A stretch of DNA of 64,000 nt from NCBI GenBank assembly GCA_945903305.1, contig CAMDOA010000001.1, positions 16,892 through 80,891 on the forward strand, in the 5' to 3' direction. A program made the translations under genes and the position numbers. The notes under the pieces are model-generated. The model saw nothing but the letters and a program-made list of their open reading frames with translations, made no database searches and had not been told where the DNA came from. This DNA comes from Chitinophaga pinensis. Its GTDB lineage: Bacteria > Bacteroidota > Bacteroidia > Chitinophagales > UBA10324. This document shows positions 20,130 to 28,286 of this stretch, one piece after another; within the stretch, counting starts at the first letter, position 1, and the number at the start of each line of letters is the position of its first letter.

Positions 20130-20213
20130 TGAGCAAATGGAATTTATCCTACTCTCAACGCTTTCAAACTAATAGGGTTACATTTTAAAACAGAATATTA
20201 GCTGAACAGGATA

Positions 20214-20759
20214 TTATTCAACTGCAGCTAGTTTTTGTTCCGTTAATAACTCCTTCTTGGCCTTTTTTTCATTGGATTCTTCTTCCTCCAATACTACTTT
20301 ACGAGAAGCTATAATGCTTCTGTCATCAATGCCAATTACTTTAAATTCCAATTCTTTACCTAAGAAAATGCTATACGAATTAAATTCATAAACATCAACT
20401 TCAGATTTTGGAAGAAATACTTCGATGCCTAACACATCTAACAATAATCCTCCTGAATTCATATTTACGACTTTGCCCTTCAAATTTTGCTTTTGCGCAA
20501 AAGCATTAATAATTAAACTCAGGTTTTCATTTTCAATAAATTTTACATTTATGGCTTCATAAACTCCATGCTTTCGGGTGGATGGAATAGCCTCAAAACT
20601 GACCAGGTCATTTTTATGAGCAACTTTATAAATGTCGCCCATTTTACTTTGGTGTAAAAAAACATCGCCTAATTCAGCGTGGCTGATACCGCCAAAACCT
20701 TTATTCTTATTGTAGAAAATTACCCGTCCGGTAAAAATTTCGTTAGTTAAATTTTTCAT
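20214..20759 (-). CDS. RNA-binding protein with an N-terminal cold-shock-like domain and a C-terminal S1 domain
   Basis: 181 aa. GRVIFYNKNKGFGGI resembles the CSD RNP motif GxVKWFNxxKGFGFI. KGKVVNMNSGGLLLDVLGIEVFLPKSEVD resembles an S1 domain. The tail is acidic and Lys-rich. Confidence 0.55.
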   Translation of the reverse strand: MKNLTNEIFTGRVIFYNKNKGFGGISHAELGDVFLHQSKMGDIYKVAHKNDLVSFEAIPSTRKHGVYEAINVKFIENENLSLIINAFAQKQNLKGKVVNMNSGGLLLDVLGIEVFLPKSEVDVYEFNSYSIFLGKELEFKVIGIDDRSIIASRKVVLEEEESNEKKAKKELLTEQKLAAVE

Positions 20760-20841
20760 GTTACTTAATTATTTATTAGGGATAACACAATAATAACATT
20801 ATAGTTTACTCAACTCAAAATTTTTCTTTTGCCGAAGCGCC

Positions 20842-20851
20842 TATTTTCGCC
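20842..20851 (+). promoter_or_regulatory. TATTTTCGCC box upstream of the ABC-F gene
   Basis: This exact 10-mer also occurs upstream of hpt, and in near-identical form upstream of thiL, gcvH and the amidohydrolase gene. Here it is 28 nt before ATG 20880. Confidence 0.35.
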
Positions 20852-20879
20852 ATTCGTTTAAAACAAGTAACAATTCAAA

Positions 20880-22772
20880 ATGAATATTCTAAGTGTTGAA
20901 AATATTTCGAAGTCTTATGCCGACAAAGTCCTCTTTGAAAAAATAAGTTTCGGAATTAACTGGGGTGATAAAGTGGCGCTTGTAGCAAGAAATGGAACAG
21001 GAAAATCATCGTTGCTAAAAATAATTTCCGGCGATGAAAATGCCGATGAAGGAAAAATTTCGAAAAACAAAGAAGTACGATTTGGTTTTTTAGAACAAGA
21101 TTTAAAATTCAATGAAAACTTATCCGTGCTTGATAATATTTTTTTATCTGCATCACCCGAAGTGCTTGCTATAAAAGAATATGAACGGATTAATGAATTA
21201 TATGAGTTAAACCATGCCGATGAAAATTATCAATTGCTGCAAAAAGCAATTGCGCGGATAGAAGAACTTATAGCGTGGGACTATGAATCGAGGGTAAAGC
21301 AGGTTTTAGGCAAGTTAGGAATAAACCATTATGAACAATCCATAAAAACACTTTCCGGCGGACAGAAAAGAAGAGTGGCTCTTGCCCGGGTGTTGATTGA
21401 AGACCCGCAATTTTTAATATTAGATGAACCAACCAATCACCTCGATATCGGGATGATTGAGTGGTTAGAGAGTTACTTGTCGCGGCAAAATATCACCTTG
21501 CTTCTAGTAACCCACGATCGCTATTTTTTAGAAAATATTTGTGATACGATAATTGAATTAGACAACAACAAAATTTACAGATATGAAGGAAATTATCAAA
21601 AATTTTTAGAACAAAAAGCCAACCGAACTTTTAACGAAGAAAGTGAACACGAAAAATTGAAGAATAGATATCGGCGTGAATTAGAATGGGTTCGCAAAAT
21701 GCCAAAGGCACGAACCACTAAATCAAAATCGCGTGTTGATACTTTTGAAATGATTGAAGCAAAAGTAAAAAGCCGGAAAAAAGAGGAGGAATTACGATTG
21801 TCAATTAAAATGAATAGAATAGGTGGCAAAGTACTTGAATTAAAAAAAGTGTATAAAAAATATGCCGAGAATGTTTTAATGAAGGGGTTCGATTACACAT
21901 TTAAAAAAGGTGAACGAATTGGAATAGTTGGAAAAAACGGAACAGGAAAATCCACCTTTCTTAATTTAATAACTAATAAGGATAAAGCTGACTCTGGAAA
22001 AATTAATGTTGGTGAAACTATTATCTATGGTTATTTTAATCAGGAAGGAATTAAGTTAGATCAGGACAAACGGGTTATTGAAGTAGTGAAAGATATTGCT
22101 GAATTTATTCCGCTTGCCGATGGAAGCAAAGTGATGGCTTCTCAATTTTTACAAATGTTTGGATTTCCGATTAGTCAACATTTTACTTTTGTTTCCAGTT
22201 TAAGCGGAGGTGAAAAAAGACGATTGCATTTGTTAACTATTCTGGTTACCAATCCAAATTTTCTGGTGCTTGACGAACCAACCAATGATCTTGATTTAAT
22301 TACCTTACAGGCATTAGAAGAGTTTTTAGAAAACTATACTGGTTGTTTAATCATAGTCACGCACGACAGATATTTTATGGATAAACTGGTAGACCAGCTT
22401 TTTATATTTCATGGCGAAGGAAACATTCAGGTTTTTCCGGGTAACTACACCGAATATCGAAATGCGGAAGACAATGCTGAATCATTAAAAATTCAAGAAG
22501 CAATACAACCAAGCATTGAACAAAAACCGGTTGCTGAAAAGCCAAAAATTAAACTCACTTACAAGGAGCGGCTCGAGTTAGAAACTATCACTAAAGAAAT
22601 TGAAAAATTAGAAGCAGAAAAAAACGACTTAACCAATCAGATGCAATCTGAAAATTTAAATCATGAAAGTTTACAACAAAACGGCATTCGATTATCAGTT
22701 GTAATTGACCAGTTAGATCAAAAAACAAATAAATGGTTATTACTTTCTGAAAAGGAACAACAAAGTGTTTAA
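20880..22772 (+). CDS. ABC-F family ATPase (Uup/YheS-like, no transmembrane domain)
   Basis: 630 aa. Two ABC cassettes are present, each with Walker A (ARNGTGKSS, GKNGTGKST), signature (LSGGQKRR, LSGGEKRR) and Walker B (LILDEPTNHLD, LVLDEPTNDLD). A C-terminal coiled-coil tail follows. Confidence 0.9.
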   Translation: MNILSVENISKSYADKVLFEKISFGINWGDKVALVARNGTGKSSLLKIISGDENADEGKISKNKEVRFGFLEQDLKFNENLSVLDNIFLSASPEVLAIKEYERINELYELNHADENYQLLQKAIARIEELIAWDYESRVKQVLGKLGINHYEQSIKTLSGGQKRRVALARVLIEDPQFLILDEPTNHLDIGMIEWLESYLSRQNITLLLVTHDRYFLENICDTIIELDNNKIYRYEGNYQKFLEQKANRTFNEESEHEKLKNRYRRELEWVRKMPKARTTKSKSRVDTFEMIEAKVKSRKKEEELRLSIKMNRIGGKVLELKKVYKKYAENVLMKGFDYTFKKGERIGIVGKNGTGKSTFLNLITNKDKADSGKINVGETIIYGYFNQEGIKLDQDKRVIEVVKDIAEFIPLADGSKVMASQFLQMFGFPISQHFTFVSSLSGGEKRRLHLLTILVTNPNFLVLDEPTNDLDLITLQALEEFLENYTGCLIIVTHDRYFMDKLVDQLFIFHGEGNIQVFPGNYTEYRNAEDNAESLKIQEAIQPSIEQKPVAEKPKIKLTYKERLELETITKEIEKLEAEKNDLTNQMQSENLNHESLQQNGIRLSVVIDQLDQKTNKWLLLSEKEQQSV

Positions 22773-22863
22773 ATTATTTAAAAAACTTAATTGCCCCTGA
22801 TCATAAACCAATCAATCTTTATTAAATTAACTTCGACCTGACTTTAAAGAAATTTTCAATAGC

Positions 22864-23496
22864 ATGAAAGACTTAAGAGAAAATTATTCAAAGGGAGAGT
22901 TGCTCGAAACAATGATTGACACAAATCCAATCGTTCAGTTTCAGCAGTGGTTTGATGAAGCGGTGAGTGAAAAAATTCCCGAACCAAACGCTTTTATACT
23001 TTCAACAGCCATGGTTGATTATAAACCATCGGCAAGGGTAATGTTATTGAAAGGAGTGGAAAATAATTCGTTTGTTTTTTTCACCAACTACGAAAGCCGC
23101 AAGGGAAAAGAACTCACCTGGAACCCGTATGCAGCAATGGTTTTTTTATGGTTGCCAATGCAACGACAAATTAGAATTGAAGGAAGAGTAGAAAAAATTC
23201 CGACAGAAGAATCAGTAAACTATTTTCAATTGCGCCCGCGCGAAAGCCAATTGGGTGCATGGTGTTCAGCACAAAGTTCTGTTTTAGACAACAGAAGTGA
23301 GCTTGATACTAAATATGCAGAGATTGAAAAAAAATTTGAAGGAAAAGAAATTCCGAAACCTCAATATTGGGGTGGCTTCAAAGTAATTCCATCGTCAATA
23401 GAATTCTGGCAGGGGAGAACATCGCGCCTGCACGATCGCCTGCGATATACTTTTATGAATGAAGGCGAATGGAAACTGGAGCGTTTATCTCCATAA
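22864..23496 (+). CDS. pdxH: pyridoxamine 5'-phosphate oxidase
   Basis: 210 aa ending in the PdxH signature IEFWQGRTSRLHDRLRY. Confidence 0.93.
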   Translation: MKDLRENYSKGELLETMIDTNPIVQFQQWFDEAVSEKIPEPNAFILSTAMVDYKPSARVMLLKGVENNSFVFFTNYESRKGKELTWNPYAAMVFLWLPMQRQIRIEGRVEKIPTEESVNYFQLRPRESQLGAWCSAQSSVLDNRSELDTKYAEIEKKFEGKEIPKPQYWGGFKVIPSSIEFWQGRTSRLHDRLRYTFMNEGEWKLERLSP

Positions 23497-23500
23497 AATA

Positions 23501-23530
23501 AAAACCCCTTCGATTTAACAAAGGGGTTTC
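23501..23530. terminator. hairpin terminator shared by convergent pdxH and the THX gene (stronger on the minus strand)
   Basis: AAACCCCTT (23502-23510) pairs with AAGGGGTTT (23521-23529). On the minus strand the stem is followed by TTTTTATTTTA. Confidence 0.65.
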
Positions 23531-23538
23531 AACTGATA

Positions 23539-23736
23539 TTATTCAGCTTTCTTTTTTGCGGCCGCTTTTTTGGGAGCAGCAGCTTTCTTTGCAGCAGCAG
23601 GTGCGGCAGTTTTCTTTGCAGCAACAGGTGCAGCAGTTTTAACTGCAGCTGATTTCACTGCTTTTTGTGGTCGGCTGATTCCGTATGAACCTTTAAAGCG
23701 TTTTCCTTTTGCGGTTCTTTTATCTCCTCTTCCCAT
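23539..23736 (-). CDS. 30S ribosomal protein THX with a C-terminal Ala/Lys/Pro-rich extension
   Basis: The N-terminus MGRGDKRTAKGKRFKGSYGISRPQK matches the THX pattern (MGKGDxxTxRGKxxxGSYG). The remaining 40 aa or so are AAPVAAKKTAAPAAAKKAAAPKKAAAKKKAE. Confidence 0.7.
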   Translation of the reverse strand: MGRGDKRTAKGKRFKGSYGISRPQKAVKSAAVKTAAPVAAKKTAAPAAAKKAAAPKKAAAKKKAE

Positions 23737-23829
23737 AATTATTTTTTTAGTTTGTTTTTTTATTGGTGGGCAAACTTAACTGAAATAAAGCACTCTCAAA
23801 AGTCATTCGTAAAATCAGATTCCTATAAA

Positions 23830-23860
23830 TGAAAAGAAGCAAGACAAATTGCCTTGCTTC
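23830..23860 (-). terminator. rho-independent terminator after the HU gene
   Basis: On the minus strand, the GAAGCAAG and CTTGCTTC arms (plus-strand coordinates 23836-23843 and 23853-23860) are followed by TTTTCATTT. Confidence 0.55.
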
Positions 23861-23886
23861 CTTTCCGGGTTTTGGTTTGGTATTTA

Positions 23887-24159
23887 TTATCTCACTTTAG
23901 CAGCGAACTCTTTTCCTGCTTTAAATTTCACTACTTTTTTAGCCGCAATCTTTATCGCCTTTCCGGTTTGCGGATTGCGACCCATGCGAGCCGAGCGTTT
24001 GTTCACCGAGAAAGTGCCGAAACCAACCAATGTCAGCTTATCGCCTTTTTTCAATGAAGTCATAGTGGTGCCGATGAATGCATTCAATGCAGCACCAGCT
24101 TGTGTTTTGTTGATCTTCGCTTCTGCGCTGATCTTGTTAATTAAATCTCCTTTGTTCAT
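23887..24159 (-). CDS. hup: DNA-binding protein HU
   Basis: 90 aa. The sequence [28 protein letters not shown]...[37 protein letters not shown] is a classic HU/IHF fold sequence. Confidence 0.92.
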   Translation of the reverse strand: MNKGDLINKISAEAKINKTQAGAALNAFIGTTMTSLKKGDKLTLVGFGTFSVNKRSARMGRNPQTGKAIKIAAKKVVKFKAGKEFAAKVR

Positions 24160-24555
24160 GGTTTAAAAAATTTAGGGTGATTAAAAATTTACACCTTAAA
24201 TGTAAAAGTGTTTTACAATTTTTCAAATGATTAATTTTAAACTGTTCTCTGTAAACTGCTCTGGCTGTGGATAACAGCGAAGTGCTTGTTTTTGTCATTT
24301 GTACTATCGGTTGCATTTAACAAATAGCATAAATAATAAATCAGAAAGCATAAATCATTAACTCATCTTGAAATTCAATGCCTGCAATAGTTTCAAAGAA
24401 TCAAACATTTTATCATTTATGAAATTGCTGTTGAAAAATTTAAGTGGAACTATTATTGATTGCGATACATTAAAAGTGTGCACCGTTATCAACAAGAATT
24501 TTTTAAGCACAAAAACTTTCTACTTTTGAATCGTAACAGAATAAAAATTTTAAGC

Positions 24556-24747
24556 ATGCTCATCCTAAAAAAACAAAAACAGATTTTTTTGTTGCTCATT
24601 TTTATTTTCCTGAGTTCAGGTTTTATTGCCTGCAGCCCAAAGACAACCTGCCCTGCATACATGGATGGCGCCGTTACCGGAACAAGTGGTTCATCTGCAA
24701 AAGGAAAACCGCTTTGGCCTAAGAATATGAAGAAGCAGAAAAATTGA
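24556..24747 (+). CDS. small lipoprotein, unknown function
   Basis: The ORF track gives 24460..24747. Internal ATG 24556 yields a 63-aa product with a signal peptide plus lipobox (IFLLLIFIFLSSGFIAC) and a basic tail. Confidence 0.4.
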   Translation: MLILKKQKQIFLLLIFIFLSSGFIACSPKTTCPAYMDGAVTGTSGSSAKGKPLWPKNMKKQKN

Positions 24748-24847
24748 TTGCATAAAATAGTATTGAAAAATATTTCATCGAATTAATAAAGCGCAAATCA
24801 AGTTCATCAAAATTTATCCTTTATCTTTTATCATTTATAATTTCCCT

Positions 24848-26962
24848 TTAAGAAATTTTACTCCACCCACCCTTTCGTTGTTGCTGATGCAACAGAAATA
24901 TTGCGAGCGATTGATGTTCGGGAAATTGCAGGTGGTCATCATTTTCTAAAATAATTTCGGCTTCTTTTCTTGCTGCCAGTAATATTTTCTGGTCGTGAAT
25001 TAAATCTGCAATCCGCAAATTCAATACTCCGCTTTGTTGTGTTCCTTCCATATCGCCTGGGCCTCGGAGTTCCATATCCACTTCTGCTATTTTAAATCCA
25101 TCATTGGTTTCTACCATTGTTTGCATTCGCCTTCGTGCAACCGGATTTAATTTTCGTTCGGTCATTAAAATGCAATACGATTGTTCAGCACCTCTTCCCA
25201 CTCTTCCTCGCAGTTGATGCAATTGTGATAAGCCAAACCGTTCAGCGCTTTCAATCACCATCACACTTGCATTCGGAATGTTCACTCCTACTTCTATCAC
25301 TGTGGTGGCAATCATGATTTGAGTTTCGCGTTTAATAAAACGCCGCATTTCAAAATCACGGTCTTCGTTTTTCATTTTTCCATGCACAATACTCACGGCA
25401 AATTGTGGCAATGGAAATTCGCGCGATATACTTTCAAATCCATCCATCAGGTATTTATAATCTAATTTTTCTGATTCTTCAATCAATGGATAGACCACAT
25501 AAATCTGCCGGTCCTTCATTATTTGTTCGCGCATGAAACCGAATACTCGCATGCGTGCATTATCATCGTAATGAACAGTTTTAATTGGTTTTCTTCCGGG
25601 TGGCAATTCATCAATGACCGATACATCCAAATCGCCATACAAAGTCATGGCAAGAGTTCGAGGAATCGGAGTGGCGGTCATGACTAAAATGTGTGGCGGA
25701 TTATTATTCTTCGTCCACATTTTTCCGCGCTGTTCCACTCCGAAACGATGCTGCTCATCAATAATTACTAAACCCAGATTTTTAAACTGAACCGTATCTT
25801 CAATCAGCGAATGAGTGCCGATGAGTAAATGAATTTCACCTGATAAAATTCCTTCATGAATTTTTCTTCGCTCCTTTGTTTTTGTGGAAGAAGTTAAAAG
25901 AGAAATATTTATTCCCAATCCTTCCACCAATTCTTTAATGGATTGAAAATGTTGTTGCGCCAGAATTTCTGTCGGCACCATAAAGCACGATTGCATTCCG
26001 TTATCTAACGCAAGAAGAATAACACTGAGTGCGACAACAGTTTTTCCGCTCCCAACATCGCCCTGCAACAACCGATTCATTTGCTTGCCTGAAACAAGAT
26101 CAATTCTTATTTCCTTAATCACTTTTTTCTGTGCATCAGTCAACGCGAATGGAAGTTTCTCTTTATAAAACCGATTGAAAAAATCTCCGACTTTATTAAA
26201 TACAAAACCAACTGAACTTTCCTGTCGTCCGATTTTTACCTGTAATAATTTAAGTTGAATAAAAAATAATTCTTCAAACTTCAATCGCTGTCGTGCGCGT
26301 TCCAATTCATATTCATTGGATGGGAAATGCACTTGCTGAAATGAATCGTAGCGCGAAGGCAAACGAAATTTCTCCAGTATATTTTTCGGAATAATTTCCG
26401 GAAGGTCGGATGCAGCAACTTGTTGAAAGAGCGTTCGTGAAAGTTTAGAAATTCCTTTGCTGTCTAAACTTTTTGCTTTTAGTTTTTCGGTGGAAGGATA
26501 AAATGGTTGCAGTATTCCGGCATTAGAATTTTTTTCATCTTCTGTTGAAGTAATATCCGGATGAACAATATTCATTTTTTTTCCGAACACGGTTGGCTTG
26601 CCAAGCACGATGTATTCTTTTCCTTCCACTAACGATTCCTTCATCCACTTCACTCCGGCAAACCACACGAGTTCAATGGTTCCGGTTTCATCAACCAGAT
26701 TTGCAATCATTCGCTTTTTGTGTTTATCGCCTGCAACATCAATGTCTTTTAATATTCCTTTCAACTGAACATACTGTGAAAGCGGATTAACCTCGCGCAC
26801 TTTATAAATTTTAGTGCGGTCAACATATCGGAAAGGCATGTGCATGAGCAAATCACCGAAGGTGAATATTTCCAGTTCTTTCTTTAAAGTTTCGGCGCGC
26901 GATGGCCCAACTCCTTTCAGATATTCAATAGGTGTTTCGAGTAAATTATATTGGCCGGACAT
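24848..26962 (-). CDS. recG: ATP-dependent DNA helicase RecG
   Basis: 704 aa. It has the wedge/OB N-terminal region and SF2 helicase motifs: GDVGSGKT, DEQHRFG, TATPIPRT and QLHQLRGRVGRG. Confidence 0.95.
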   Translation of the reverse strand: MSGQYNLLETPIEYLKGVGPSRAETLKKELEIFTFGDLLMHMPFRYVDRTKIYKVREVNPLSQYVQLKGILKDIDVAGDKHKKRMIANLVDETGTIELVWFAGVKWMKESLVEGKEYIVLGKPTVFGKKMNIVHPDITSTEDEKNSNAGILQPFYPSTEKLKAKSLDSKGISKLSRTLFQQVAASDLPEIIPKNILEKFRLPSRYDSFQQVHFPSNEYELERARQRLKFEELFFIQLKLLQVKIGRQESSVGFVFNKVGDFFNRFYKEKLPFALTDAQKKVIKEIRIDLVSGKQMNRLLQGDVGSGKTVVALSVILLALDNGMQSCFMVPTEILAQQHFQSIKELVEGLGINISLLTSSTKTKERRKIHEGILSGEIHLLIGTHSLIEDTVQFKNLGLVIIDEQHRFGVEQRGKMWTKNNNPPHILVMTATPIPRTLAMTLYGDLDVSVIDELPPGRKPIKTVHYDDNARMRVFGFMREQIMKDRQIYVVYPLIEESEKLDYKYLMDGFESISREFPLPQFAVSIVHGKMKNEDRDFEMRRFIKRETQIMIATTVIEVGVNIPNASVMVIESAERFGLSQLHQLRGRVGRGAEQSYCILMTERKLNPVARRRMQTMVETNDGFKIAEVDMELRGPGDMEGTQQSGVLNLRIADLIHDQKILLAARKEAEIILENDDHLQFPEHQSLAIFLLHQQQRKGGWSKIS

Positions 26963-27058
26963 GCATCACTTTCTTCTTCACAAAGTAAATTAACGAATCA
27001 CAGAAATAGTTCTGCTGAAAAAAAAGTGTTTCAACATTTTTTTTATATAAAAATTTGC

Positions 27059-28105
27059 TTAGTGATTTTTCTTAAGCACATTCCAACCCTGAGCAGTTAG
27101 GTCGTGAATATTATTTCCTTTAGTAATGAGTTTGGTTCCAAGTGAACCATCGGTAATGTGACCAATAACAGAAAAATCAGGATGGTCCTTTATTTTTTCG
27201 AAGTCATCTTGTTTAATGGTGAAAAGCAATTCATAATCTTCTCCGCCATTGAGTGCACAAGTTACCGGGTCGAGATTAAATTTTATCGCCTGCTGATATG
27301 CTTCTTCCGAGATTGGAATTTTTTCCTCATACACCGCACATCCAACATTCGATTGCGTGCAGATATGCAATAAGTCCGAAGACAATCCATCTGATATATC
27401 AATCATGGAAGTTGGCAGGACATCTAATTTCTCCAGCAATTCAACCACATCTTTTCTTGCTTCGGGTTTCAGTTGGCGACTAATAATGTATTGCTGGTCT
27501 TCCAGGTTTGGTTGAATATTCGGGTTTTCTAAATACAATCTTTTTTCTCTTTCTAATATTTGCAACCCAAGATAAGCACCTCCCAAATCGCCGCTCACAC
27601 AAATCAAATCATGTTCCTTGGCAGTGTTTCGTAAGGTGATTTTATTTTCATCAACCAAACCAATGGCAGTAACAGAAATCACCAATCCGGATTTGCTGCT
27701 GCTTGTATCACCACCAACCAAATCAACTTTATAATGTTCGCATGCATGATGAATGCCTTCGTACAATTCATGCAATGCTTCCAGCGAAAACCGATTGCTG
27801 ATTGCAATGGAAACCGTTACCTGTTGCGGCTCCGCATTCATAGCATACACATCTGATAAATTCACAACTATTGCTTTATATCCAAGATGCCTTAATGGAA
27901 CATAAGTCAAATCAAAATGAATTCCTTCCATTAATAAATCGGTTGTCAATACTGTTTGTTTCCCTGAAAGGTCAAGCACAGCGGCATCATCACCAACTCC
28001 CACTTTGCTGGTTACATTTTGTAATTCAAAATTCTTAGTCAGGTATTTTATTAACCCGAATTCGCCGAGTTCGCTTATTTCAGTTCTGCCTTGTGTTTCT
28101 TCCAT
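27059..28105 (-). CDS. thiL: thiamine-monophosphate kinase
   Basis: The AIR-synthase-like fold N-terminus is MEETQGRTEISELGEFGLI...VGVGDDAAVL. The ORF track's extension to 28192 runs through the intergenic repeat and is not credible. Confidence 0.9.
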   Translation of the reverse strand: MEETQGRTEISELGEFGLIKYLTKNFELQNVTSKVGVGDDAAVLDLSGKQTVLTTDLLMEGIHFDLTYVPLRHLGYKAIVVNLSDVYAMNAEPQQVTVSIAISNRFSLEALHELYEGIHHACEHYKVDLVGGDTSSSKSGLVISVTAIGLVDENKITLRNTAKEHDLICVSGDLGGAYLGLQILEREKRLYLENPNIQPNLEDQQYIISRQLKPEARKDVVELLEKLDVLPTSMIDISDGLSSDLLHICTQSNVGCAVYEEKIPISEEAYQQAIKFNLDPVTCALNGGEDYELLFTIKQDDFEKIKDHPDFSVIGHITDGSLGTKLITKGNNIHDLTAQGWNVLKKNH

Positions 28106-28107
28106 AG

Positions 28108-28117
28108 CGCGAAAATA
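28108..28117 (-). promoter_or_regulatory. TATTTTCGCG box 2 nt upstream of the thiL ATG
   Basis: The minus strand reads TGTTATTTTCGCGCTATGGAAGAAACA, nearly identical to the hpt upstream/start sequence. Confidence 0.3.
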
Positions 28118-28127
28118 ACAGAGAGTA

Positions 28128-28266
28128 ATTTGAAAATTTGGAGATTTGAAAATTTGATGATTAAGTTTCAAATATGAACTAAAAAAAATCACAGATTAAA
28201 CTATAAAAATTACTCAGAATTAAATATTTGGTGGCAATTAATTTTCAAATCTCCAAATTTTCAAAT
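28128..28266. repeat. 27-bp perfect inverted repeat (arms 28128-28154 and 28240-28266, 85-nt spacer) made of CAAAT-N3 units
   Basis: The left arm is ATTTGAAAATTTGGAGATTTGAAAATT. The right arm AATTTTCAAATCTCCAAATTTTCAAAT is its exact reverse complement. Confidence 0.9.
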
Positions 28267-28274
28267 CTTCAAAT

Positions 28275-28282
28275 TAGCTTTG
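28275..28282 (+). promoter_or_regulatory. -7 box (TAGCTTTG) just upstream of ATG 28287
   Basis: Exact TAnnTTTG ending 4 nt before the start codon, which implies a very short or absent leader. Confidence 0.3.
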
Positions 28283-28286
28283 CCGC

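Noticed and set aside
24266-24274. Perfect DnaA-box 9-mer (TGTGGATAA, the complement of TTATCCACA) in the long AT-rich region upstream of the HU gene.
   Set aside because: It is a single box with no cluster, no dnaA or dnaN nearby and no obvious AT-rich 13-mer array. One such 9-mer is compatible with chance in 64 kb.
28106-28192. N-terminal extensions of thiL (to 28192) and the SDR gene (to 13511), plus small ORFs 13514-13744 and 28228-28413, all containing peptides such as KSPNFQI or FQISKFSNLQI.
   Set aside because: These peptides are simply translations of the CAAAT-periodic intergenic repeat. The family-typical N-termini begin at the internal ATGs (28105 and 13457).
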